A program made the position numbers and the translations under genes. A DNA stretch of 59,474 bases, counting the filler, from Bipalium vagum (Eukaryota): the NCBI GenBank assembly GCA_037834085.1. It is 3 parts of 3 records of this genome, joined end to end, with 100 filler letters (N's around TTAATTAATTAA, not from the genome) between each part and the next. Parts side by side here need not be neighbours in the genome. Positions count along the whole stretch, not along the records: positions 23,147 to 41,861 come from JBBMKC010021843.1; positions 41,962 to 59,474 come from JBBMKC010062309.1; 1 more part is not named here. One strand, written 5' to 3'. The notes beneath the pieces were generated by a model. That model saw only the letters and a program-made list of their open reading frames with translations. It did no database searches and was not told where the DNA came from. This document shows positions 38,711 through 51,500 of the stretch, in pieces. Numbering within the stretch: position 1 is the first letter of the stretch; each line of letters opens with the position of its first letter.

Positions 38711-39860
38711 CAGGGTGGGCAACAAGTAGTGCACCAAAACATAAATTTCGTTTGATAAATTAATAACAAAAAATATGTTATATTTATAAAATAAAATATA
38801 CATATAGGTGTTTATAAATGTTTAAAATACTGGCCATTAGCATTGAAATAGAAATGGAGTCTCTTCAGAGCTTTTATAGAACCGACCAAGTAAGTCATTG
38901 TTTCCTTCAATATGGTTACAAGCTCCAATGATTCGCTGACGCAAATGAGCAACGTCTATTATTTTTGTGGAATACACGATTTGTTTCATGTGGTTCCAAA
39001 AGTAGAAGTCCATTAGAGTTAAATCTTGTGACCACGGGGCCCAATCTACTGTGCTTCTTCGTCCAATTCAATTTTCATTTAGATAATTACGCACAATTGT
39101 CGCATAATGTGGTGGAGCACCATCCTGCATGAACCATAATGGCTTACCATCACCAATAAGATTCGATTGCGGCATCAAATCTTTTTGAAGCATGTTTAGG
39201 TATATGCCACCGGTCAACGTCTCATAGAAAAAGAAATAATCTGAGACATGATTTTTACATACTATCGTTTTTAAAACTTGAGTTTTTTTACTGATATTTG
39301 TCCAACACGGATTTTCAACTGAATAATAGTGACAGTTTTGCTTGTTGACTTCACAGTTCACAAAGAAATTAGGTTAGTCTCTAGACAACACGTGGTCTTC
39401 TACAAATTTGGAGTTCCTATTTAATTGATCTTTAAAACAACTAACCATCTCCAGCCGTCGATCATGGTCATCTTCGTATATTTTGAACAAATACTGAAGT
39501 TTATATGCATGGTAACCTTTTACATTGGGTTTTTCTGAATTGTTTGAATGACATGCATTAGAGGTTCTTCAAGAATTCTGGGGTTTCTCTGTTTGACTTG
39601 TCTAGGATATTGCAGGTTTCCCGAAATTTAGTCAACAGTTGCTCAACTATTGTGTGAGACATACTTTTGATCAGGATTAGTCTGATTAAATCTCTCAGTC
39701 ACAAAATCTATTTGTAGCACCATCGCGACCACACATCAATACGAGTTCAACTCGTTGATTAACTGAAAACGCCATAATATCTTTAATTTAAAAGATAGAT
39801 ATAAAATAAAATAAACAATATAATATAATAAATAATTATGATTATCATTTATAAAGTACA
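38711..39860 (-). mobile_element. Decayed DD41D (rosa)-type element
   Basis: TA-CAGGGTGGGCAAC terminus; VNKQNCHYYSVENP, WFMQDGAPPHYATIVRNYLNE..IGRR..W..DLTLMDFYFW. Confidence 0.85.
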
Positions 39861-41309
39861 ATTAAGATGTTTATTGCATTTAATTTTATTTAAATTGTTT
39901 AAATTATTTTTTTTCAGAATCTTCTTCGCTTTCAAGAAACATAGTAAATCAACTTCATAATGTTTACAAATTATTTAAGAAAGTTATTCATAAGGAATAG
40001 ATCTAATATTATATAAATAATGTTTTATCAGCAAATTAATCTAATGCTTGTTTGCTTTGTTTTAATAGAAATATATCATGTTTATCAAATTTAATACACA
40101 TTTTTTCTATAATCTTCATTCATTATAATTTGAGTTAAAAATTTACTTTCAAATTGTGGAGACTACGACAAAGACAAATCGGACAATCAACAGGACTCTC
40201 TAGCCAGGAACAATCAATGGTTCCAACTACCGATGAGCAATCCAAAAATTGACATAAATTATGATTTTGTGACACCTTTTTGACATCATTTATGATTTGT
40301 GAAACTCTTTCCCCATCATCCTTAACATTACTTGAAATTGTATTGTATTAATCAAATATATATTGTGTACATATTTTGAATTTGTATTTGATATTGTAAA
40401 TCAATTTTGACTGATAAATAATGAAACAATAATAAATAATAAAAATTAGATAACGTAGCAAACAAGATAAAGTATAAAATAATAGCTAATAAATAGTATG
40501 TAAGAATTATTATTATTATTGATATTTATGTTGGGATATTGTTATTATTATTATTAAGGAATTTATTATTTATTATATTTGGATTTATTTAAGAAAATTT
40601 TAAGGCAACAAAAAGTTACTAATATAGAAATCAGAAAAGAAATTTTATAAGAAATTGTAAAAATAAAAGAAAAGTAAATTAGCAAAATTATTAAAGAAAA
40701 AGAGGCTTACTAATAATAGAAAAAAAGAAGAAAAAGTTATATAAAAGAAGGCAGAAATTATAAAAAGGTGCACAATAAAACGACAACAAATTTGAAATTA
40801 ACAATAATCAATAGGAAAAAAAATCAACGTTGTAATTCACAGTTAATCTCCAAGAGACAGCAGCTTTAATTGTCATTCAAAGCAGATATTCTCCGCAGTT
40901 CAAGTTTCTCAATCTGACAAAAAGTCTTTACAACGATATCCATTTCAATCGAATAGCAGAGCTCCATCATAATTCACGTAGATTCAGCGGACCACCTCAA
41001 AGCCAATCAAGAGAAGATAATATAATGATATAAAGAGTAAAAAGGAAGATAAAATTTAAGAGGATCGAATTCAAAGTAGCTACCATCGAAGCCTTAATCG
41101 ACAATAAATAGATTAATAAGAAGGTGCAGTAATCAAGCCTCAAGAAGTAACCCGTCAGCATCAGTAAAGCGTACTTAGTGAACCTAACAGAAGTTTATGC
41201 CATTCATTTTTGAAAAAGTAAATTTTTAAAATTATCTACTTGTTGAAATATTTTGAAACAAAGTTTTATTACAAATACATCATTTCTATTTATATTTTAA
41301 ATCTTTTAT

Positions 41310-41861
41310 TGTATTCACGGATTTTTAATTTTCAAAGATAATTTAAAAAGGTAGACGTATTATTTTGATAAGTATTCATACCGTGGTATTAGAGTTTAAA
41401 TATATTCACATTATTATAAATAATATAATATACCTCTAGCTTATAACCGAAGGTCTATAAGACTAGTGCCGATCTAAATTAAGTATTGTATAATTTTGTT
41501 ACTATTATACTAAAATGTAGTAACGTGTGCTCGTCTGCACGTGACTCCTCACTTTGTGTAACTCGTGCTCGAGATACCTCTCTTTTCTTTGAATATAAAA
41601 CAGCATCCACTATACAATATCCGCTCCCTCAATAATCAATTCGAAATAAAACTTTATTTGTATCAATAATCACAAATATTAAATCAATCACAAAAGAAAT
41701 GTTAACTGAAATCCCGCTTTACTAAATTTAAATCTAATAATAATAATAATAATTTAATAAGAAATAAAACGAAAAAATAATCAGAATCGATCTCACCGAG
41801 AGCGACAAGGGGTCCTCGGGTCACCCTCTAGGCCCTTCTCAGGTCGCCTAGGGGCTCCCTA
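41310..41861 (-). mobile_element. 3' end of an LTR retrotransposon (polypurine tract plus LTR) abutting the gap
   Basis: On the - strand, GAGGGAGCGGATAT (41630-41617) is directly followed by TGTATAG. The LTR ends at ..TACA, at either 41487 or 41310 (uncertain). GC-rich internal sequence lies next to the gap. Confidence 0.6.
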
Positions 41862-41961
41862 NNNNNNNNNNNNNNNNNNNNNNNNNNNNNNNNNNNNNNN
41901 NNNNNTTAATTAATTAANNNNNNNNNNNNNNNNNNNNNNNNNNNNNNNNNNNNNNNNNNNN
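41862..41961. other. Artificial 100-bp scaffold spacer, N44-TTAATTAATTAA-N44
   Basis: Same format as 23047-23146. Confidence 0.95.
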
Positions 41962-42579
41962 TGTGGATAATGGAATTTGAATACCATGTTTCTTCAAAAT
42001 ATTCTGCATTTCAGGATATGACAGTTTTGTGTAACAAACTCCACATATCCGACTTTTTATTTAGACATACTAATGTGTCTTAGTCGTTTTATTTATAACT
42101 TGAATTATTAAAACAAACTGAATAAAAACACCAAATTACATACATATTACGTGCAATAGATTAAATATTAAAAATGTAATCAATGTTAAACAATTTAAAC
42201 ATTTTTATAAAAATGTTTTATTTTACGTAAGCCTCATTTTTTTGTCCAGCTGTGTATATTTCAATATTAATTATGGTAATCATGAGAAAAAAATATTTCT
42301 CTTTTTCTCACAGCTTTGTCAGATAAATAATTAAAGTAAATGGATATTAAATTAAAAAAATATATTTATAATTTTTTTCTTTATTGAAAATAATATAATC
42401 ACAAACGCAAATTCTGTTCTTTTAGATATAATTTTCAATTTGCGAATGTAGTCTGGTTTTCTGAACAGAAGAGATTACCTTCTTGACATTCTGAAATGAG
42501 AGTGTACTTTTTATGAATAATAATAATATTGAAAATGGAAATTATTTATTAAATATGTAATTGTAAAATTAAAATTCAG

Positions 42580-45500
42580 ATTGACAAGAAAGTGAGAATT
42601 CGCGAGAGCATTACTGATCTGCAGGAAGCATTATCTCAACTTAAGAAATCAAATTTTCGAGACAGTTATTTGGCTTCTTTCAAAGTATATACATTAATTA
42701 ATTAGTTTATCATTAAACTTGAAGGGTTGTCAAATGAAAATAGTTAATAAATTTGAAGTGGTTCTACTTAATTTTGATTGATTTACTTTGAAACAGTATT
42801 TTTTGCTTTGCAACAAAATATAATATTTGAAAAACCAAAATTTATTAATATTATTATTATTTATTATAGTTTAAATTTATAATTTAAGACTATTTAAACT
42901 TGAATGTTATATATTGAAATGCGCACTTTCATTCCCTACTAAATTTAACTTTTGGTTTTAAAATCATAATTAAGTAATTATTTCAATTTTTAAAGGATTA
43001 ATTAATTAAATTATTTATCATGTGGTTCAGAGACATACAGTGGAGTGCAAAAGTCTTTGTTCTTTATATATGTCAGCATTTTAAATGTATATTTGTTATT
43101 TGAAATAAATTTTCGAAAATATGCTTAGTCATAAGAATAAATATGTAAATATATCCTTGTTTACAAATATATTTCTTATTTTTAGAGATCTGTTTTCATA
43201 AAAATGTCATCACAACAAAGATCAAGTGAAATAATATCAAGGCGTTCAATTATTTTTGCATTTTTGGAATATGAGTGAACCTTCTCCAGCGACAATATCG
43301 AGAATAACAAAGATCTCCCTAAGAACTGCGAAGTACAAAATAAATAAAATTAAAGAAAAAAGTACCATTGAAGACAGTCCGCACAAGGGACGACCTCTGA
43401 AGAGTAATGTGAGTGACAATAAAGCACTTGCTAAATGGATTAGACGGAATCATGACATCAAAAGAATTTTTTCAAAAACTGATGGATAATCGATCTTTGA
43501 AAGTTTCTCAATGCACCGCTCAACGACATTTTAAAAGATTGGGTTACCATAGTGTATTACTCCACAGGACTCCAATGCTAACACAAAAAAAAATAAAGAT
43601 ACCCGTGTTCAATGGGTAATTTCGCACAAAGATGATGACTGGAGTCGAAATATTTTTACTGATGAAACGTCCTTGCAATTGTTTCACAATACAATTCGTA
43701 GATGCTAGAAAAATACAAGTTTTGAATTCAAAAGAATTACAAAAAATAGACAGAAGATTATGCAATGGGGAGGTTTAAACATCAAGGGTCTTGTTGCTGT
43801 GAATGATTTAAAAGAATTATGGATGAACCATATTTTGTACAAATTCTTCAGAAATATCTTATTTTAAATGCTAGAAGGATGTTTGGCTAGCATGGAAATT
43901 AAAAATGGACAATGATCTCAAACAGAAGTTTTGTTGCGCAGGATTACTTGTCTATTGAAGCACTGGAAGTAATGGACTGGCCTTCTAATAGTCCAGAAGT
44001 TAATCCCATAGAAAATCTATGGTCAATAGTCAAGCATCGCGCAGAAATAAGAAAACCAACAAATCTTGATGCATTAATAGATTTCTAATATGAAAAATGG
44101 AATAAGATTGAAATGCATAACTTAGTAAATAATTTAGTAAACTCGATGGCGACAAGATGTTTAGCGCTTATTTATTCCAAAGGAGAAAGAACCAATTGTT
44201 AAATATAATATCTTTGTACCATTGAGTGTAATTTATGTTGTACACTTTTAGTCTTTTTTAATGTATTTCTAATTCGTCAATAAAAAGACTTTTGCACTCT
44301 ACTGTATTTCTGATTTGAAAATTAAACAAAGAATTTAAATATTTTTAATTTAATTAACCTTTTACTCTTTCATCCAAATTCATATATTTTAATGATTTCA
44401 GGTGTGGCGGTCATCGTCAACTTTAATCGAATAATGGTTTTTATTTAATGTGATATATAATTTTTTATACAATGTGATAAAAATGCATTAGGGCCGTTCA
44501 AAGAATTTTTCAGTTTGGATCTTGAAATATTGGATGGAAGAGTAAGAAGTTAAACAAGTCCAAGAAGTGTAAATATTAAAAAAAAAGTTGCATATTAAAA
44601 AATCAATTAAATTATTGCACAAGTATCGGCCCGGATGATCCAAATTTTACTGATTATTTATGTACACATGTATATGTGAACGGTTCGAGTCCCGATATTA
44701 CCAAATTATTTTCAACCTACAATGTATATGAAATTTATTTGATTTTAAAAAAAAATCAACAATGTTATCTTTTATTTTAATATAATGCTATGATAATAGA
44801 AAATATGTTTCATACATAAAAAAAATTGTGCGTCTACGTCTTAGGTCATCTTTTATAGCGTGTAAATAAAGTAACAACAGATTTTTTATCTGAATTTACA
44901 CTTAAACTACGGATGACAATGGAAAAATTCTGTTTTAATCTTTTTATTAAAATTTATTTATTTTGATTTGTTTGTTTAAGTTACCTATTTTCTATTTAAC
45001 TATTCAACAAGTATCTGAAAAAGACAATGAAAATTAAGGAAGGAATGGAAATTGTTGCACCTATGGTCAAATTGAACTCAATTATCTTAGTCCAAAGATA
45101 GCTGTAAGGAAGAAAATGAAAAGTCATCTCTCGTGATAGCACAAATAGGAATGTTTATCAAATTTTTATTGTAACTGGAAGTGTTCATAAAAATATCAGG
45201 TAGACTTTCCAGGGAATTGAAAAAAAGGGTTAAGTTGCAGTACATTTCAAGGAAAATCCAAAAACCTCACTCAAATGTGCTGCCAAAGAACTCAAAATTT
45301 CACCTTCTATTATTGAAAATATGCTAATTTGTGATCTTTACTTTTTTCTCGACTGCTGTGTTAATCATCATAACCGTAGAAGCTTTGGTAAGGAGAAACA
45401 TAAGGAGATCTTTCAAATATTCCGATCAAATTTGTCCAACACCCAAAATTATAGCCCATTCTATTTCGGCGGAAGTCAAAATGATAATAATTACATGGAA

Positions 45501-48500
45501 ATCTAAGTTTTTCGACTGCCTTACAAAAAAGATGTTATCCGAACACAATATACCAATTCATCAAATCATTATGATAGAATTTCCATTGCCGTATTGAAAC
45601 AGTAATTTCCAGGAAGATGGTTGGGAAGACGTGGGGTACTGATTTCGACTGGAAAATCACCAAACTTGTCCTTTTAGTTTTGTTGTTTGGGGATTTCTTT
45701 AAAAAATGTGTACACCAGTAATCCAAGAGCTAAAGAATTTAATCATTGATGACTTAACAAAAATTATTCCCAAATTTGTACGAATGTCTTTTCTTCTTTT
45801 CATAAATGTTAAAACTTTGTATTGGATTAAAGACACAAATGTTAAATATAATTAAATTTTAATAAATAAATACACATTTGTCCCAGAATTTTGAGATTAT
45901 CATTTATATTTTACGAGTAATTAAATATTAATTAATTTATTTACACCCTGCATAATCAATACCTGATGAAAAACAAACTTCTGAGTAGCTTGAGTCAGGT
46001 AACCTCAGGTTTTGAGAATTTTTCAGAAAATGTCTTTTATAAAATCAAAACAATATCAATTCGAACATCCTTTTGAATGGGTTGCTCATTATTGTTTTAA
46101 TTATTGGAATTTTGATAAAAGCCCTGCAAAGAATCGTTGGAAAGATTTCAGAAAATATTTCAATTATTTAGTTAATATTAATTTATAACCATTTGCTAAC
46201 GATATTATTATTATTATTATTATTATTTTATATTTTTACGTGACTTTATCATTGATATTACCATTAATGAATATTAAATTATTATTGCTATAATCAATAT
46301 CATTTGTACAATGAGAAACATTGTTTCTTCAAAATTATTGCGGTAAAATTCGTATTCATAAATAATTAATTTTATTATTCAAGGAAATACATTGGTCTGA
46401 TCTAATACCCCACAATGAAATACAGAACGAAAATACCCCAGCCATATCCGATATTGAAAATCTTCGACGGGAAGCAGTTTGGGAATTATTTAAATGTGAA
46501 CTAAACTTTCTCTTAGAACACTTAATGGTATTAAAACATGTGAGTATAAATAATATTTATTTTTGTTTCTTATTTATTGTTTTTTTATTATCATTGGAAT
46601 TATTATTTATTTTTATTTTTATTATCAATCTAGTGTTTCATGGAACCACTGAAAAAATTGCAAGTAGACGGTCATTTGATGTTTGTTGAACCTGACGACC
46701 TATTTGGCAATCTTGATGAACTTTGCTATGTAAGTTTCGGAACACTAATTTATTTTTTTCATAACAGATTATTTTTAATCAATATCAACGTAGTGGATAA
46801 ATCATTGAAGATAATAATAATATTATTAATAATATTATTAATAATTTAATAATAATAACTTATTATATTTATAATAATAAACATATAATAATTTATTATT
46901 AAATATAATAGAAATAATAAAAATTAAATTTTCGAAAAATTATTATTCGTAATTTAAGTGGAAAACTTAATTTTTGTCACCGAAAATCTTTTTTATAATG
47001 AAATAAATTGACAAGGGCAAAGTATAATTGGAAAAATTGTGCAATAAATTTTTACACAATTTTTTTGAAGCTGACATTTTTTGTCGATTTTGTAAGGAAA
47101 AATAGAAAGAGTATGCTTTTTCTTAAATTAAGAGAGCCGATAAATAAAAATTAGATTCACGTGTGCTCAAAGGTCAGTATGAGCCTTTCATTACACCGTT
47201 AAGCATATCTTGAGAAAATTGACCATATTCTTGTGAGCTATCAAGCATTTTCAGGATTTATATGGTCTACATTAATTTTGAGAAATAATAAAGTTCGGAG
47301 AAATTGGATCTAAAGATGATTACTTTTGTATTTTGAAGGTTTTGGGAGGCATCAATTGTCTTTAACATTGTTGAATAAAAATTCATTAACATGATCAGAT
47401 AATGAGGGTTTTTTTCCTCGAGAGAATAAGGCTACTAAAGTATTATTCATTCGAATTCTCAATCAAGCAATGAATATTATCTTAAAGGAATCATTCCTTT
47501 GCTCTATAAATTCAACAAGCTTTCTTCATAAAAATTTACTAGCTTGAAATAAAAAATTTCTAAGGAGCCAATATTTATAGTTTCATAAGAAACTATATTT
47601 TTCAGGATCAATAAATCGTGAATATTCCAGAACAGATGTTTTGCAAAAAGGTGTAATGTCCAAATGGTATGGAACATGAGATAAAAGTTCTTAGCCGACA
47701 TTGGTAATCTTCTAGGCAGTCTTGAATAATGACTCCATTTCTGTCTGCCAGAACTAGATATTTTTATCAATTTTGCCTTTAAATCTCTCCATATCACCGC
47801 AATACACATCCGCTGATATTGTTTCCAGCAGCCCGAAATCTATATTATTCTTAGCGGACTATCTTACCCATTGCCTTTTACGACTGGTGTTACATAACCC
47901 ATTTCTCGTCACCAGTTTTCATACGATTCAGTAATCTCCATTTTAATGTTTTGAATTAAGCATTTTTTTTACATATTGATGCACGCTTCCGTTTTGGTTC
48001 AGATCATTAAGGAGTCACCTCAAGTGTGCTTACGCAATCGAGACAACTTTTCTTTTCTCAAATCGTGCCAATAGTATAAAAAAATAACTCACCCACCTAG
48101 ATTACATTTCTTCTCGTCACTCTATATCAACTTTTTTCAAATATCGTTACAATCAATTTTATCTTTATCCCAAAGTAGTTGATGTTTTTTTGTGCTGCAA
48201 CTTCAGTTCTAGTTTTTCTTTTATTTTTGGAAGGGGATGGTCTCAGTTCTTTTTAAACATTTAAATTGAAATTGATTTTTATACATTCAAAACTGGTGCT
48301 TTATTATTTTTTGTCTAGGATAATTAATCGCTTTGTTCCATCAGAGAGTTTATGTTTCGGTCCATGCTTCTTCTTATCCCTTCACAATTCTTGAAATAAT
48401 ATCGGAAGAATTTTCATGCCTTCCGAACTTCTTTTCGGCTATACTTTACGGTTACCTATTTTTCTAACAGTCTGAAAGAGTTTTCCATATCTTGTCGACT

Positions 48501-51500
48501 TTAGTCGTGATTTTCTCTTTTTTGACATTTTGCTAATTATTGACATTTTCGAAAAGGGAATAAGACATTATATTTATATTCATAAATATTTTTTTCACTT
48601 AATGTACCAACATATCCAAATTTCACATTCTTCTAATTTTTAATTATTTGATAAATTTAGTTTAAAATGAGTTCTAGAATAAAATTTTCCAGAAAATATT
48701 TGAATTATTTAAACAAATGTCATTTTAAATTTAAGTTATTGATAGGCAGAATTAGCATAACAACTGCTTAGGTTTTGGGACATCATAAGAAACTTTAAAA
48801 AGTGAACAATTATTGATGCAATTAAATATTTTTAATAGTGCATGAAATATTTTGTTGAATTGTATATTTAATCAATTTATTAATTGATTTTTTCTGAATT
48901 ATGAAAAAAATCATTTTAATGTATCGACATAATGTTAAAAAAAGATCTAGTCGGTTTTTTTTTTCGTAAACTACAATGGTTTTAAATGGCCCACGTTAAT
49001 ATTCTTTATTAAAAAAACACTGTAGTTATTGAGTTTAGTTAAAATAACTGACAATTTATGTTAATCTTCATCAAGACTGATAAATGTATGACAATATACA
49101 AATAAAAGTATTGATATCAATAGTTTTTATTAAGTACGTTCATTTTTGGCTAAGATTTATTTATCTAAGAGCGTATATCATAACATAGAACCAGTTGAAA
49201 TTGAATGTATCAAGTTTCGATTGATAATCCTCGTCGGTGGGATTGATGTAGGATAATTGTCACAAAATCTCTTGGGTTCATTTTTGAAAATTTTGATATC
49301 CTGAACATAATTATGTCTAGACATTGCTCTGAAGAACTACCGAGGGAAGTGGTTATAGTTGTCTGGAACTGTACAAATCCTCCAAATATATGGAGAATGG
49401 TTTAAAAAATAACATTATATTTTATGACTTCCAGTACAAATTAATGGCAAAGAAAATTAATTTTATTGATCTATGAGAATACTGAAGTGGTTGAAATTTA
49501 TTTTTCTCAGTGATCACTGATCTTTAATTAAAATTATCAGACTTTATTAATGATGCGTCTACACTATTTCGTTAATTACTTCATATCGAAATAAAAATTA
49601 ATTTGAGAGCAAATTTATTCATTAAAAAAATATTTTAATCCGTAATCGATGATGTTTATTTAGTGAAAATAATAATTATTATTACGTTCTTGCAAAACTG
49701 ATAATGGTACTATTCAAGCTTATGTCTTAGTTTTATATATATATAAAGAGCAATTTTCGACTAATAATCTGAGAATTACTTGTTTAAATTCAATAATCTA
49801 TTTATATTTGTAAAGAATTTTAGAAATTCTTTCAAAATTACAATTTTGAATCACTCTGCTTTACGAATTCAAACTTAGTAACAATAATGCAGAAACGACA
49901 AGAAACGTAATACAGTGTGCGTTGATCAAACAATATCAAAATGAAACATACGTAGATATTTTGAAAAGTGTTGGAAGGGCCGTGGAAGTCCATCACCAGT
50001 GAAAAAAACATTTTGATGATCTGATACCAGTTTCATTAATTACAACTTTCTGAATTCTAGTGGAACTTTTACTGTCGACACTTATGAAGTAAACGAAAAA
50101 ATTTAACATTAACAGTAAGCATTAGTAGATCGGAAAGGGTCTATTTTAATTTATGACAATGCTCAGTTATATGTTGCAAATATCACTCAATATCACTTTG
50201 GTGTGAAGCACTTGATTTTGGTCCATATTTATCAGACCTGTCGAAGTTTACAGTGCCTTGTCCTGCAGTTTGGTTTTCGTTCATTTCGGCCGATTATCAG
50301 AGGTTCATTGGCTCCTTTAAATCGTTTTAATCGGTTAATTTGGTGCAATGAAAGACCTCATTGTTTTAATAAAAGTTGGCAGAAGCTGGTTTTTAGTAAC
50401 GAATCACGGTTTTGCTTGGATATATAGGATAGAAGAGTTCGATTCGGTTGGCAAATTACAGAAAGATTTTTGGATTGTTGCAGTGTACAACAACATCAAT
50501 TTGGTGGAGGCTCAATTGTGGTGTGAGTGGCTAGGTCTTCTCACAATTAAGGTCTTTGATAATCAGTGATGGAACTTTGAATGGTGAGAAGTATGTTAAA
50601 GAAATCATTGAGAAAACTTTGTGCCTTTTATGAAACAGCACAACAATCTCTTGTTCCAAGATGACAATGTAGTCCTCATGTTTGCAAAGTTTCATAGGTG
50701 CTTTAAAGTAAAATAACATGAATACCATTCCATAACATTGGCGCTCTCCGGATCTTTCCTTTACAGAGCATTTTTAGAATTTTTTGGCAGGATATTGGAA
50801 TGGGAATACACGGAACCACCTGTCCCTGAGTGGAGATGGAACTTAATTCCTTTTAAAACAGACAATTAATTTTTTCGACAGTGTGCCACGCTAAAGTGTG
50901 TAATACGTATTTCAGCCGTGTCGCACAGTCCTCCCCGAAACATTTACACCTCTAAAGCTACAATTTCAGAGTGTATTACTTTAATGGGTTTCCTTCGAAA
51001 TCCAAAAGTATTACTTCTTATTGATCTGTCGTATCTAGCAGTTTTTTTTTGAGTTGATCCTTGATACTAAGACTTTAGATTCTCTCCATTTTTAATCTTT
51101 TTCTTCACATTTTTGATAGCAGACTGTGATAAATTAAATTTCTTTGCTATCTCACGTTGAGTCATTGTTGTTTCTTCCAACAACACCTTAATTTGTTATC
51201 TTGTGCATTCTAAAAGTATTTGGTAAGAGCTAAGGTATTTCAAAAATATAGAGAATATTTAGAAGGCTTTGAAAGATCAGCTCGCTCTAGAAAAATGACT
51301 AAAAGATGTGAAATGATAGAGAAAATAAAGTATTTGTGACATAACAAAAAATAAAGGAATGTGGACCAAATATTAATTTCTTTTACGTATAGATGTGTAT
51401 AACATTGTTTTAATATTTTCAGTTTAATACATCATTATTCTTGTATTTAATAACGAATTACTAAAGTGAACTTAGAATTTAAAAAACGATATTTTTTGTT

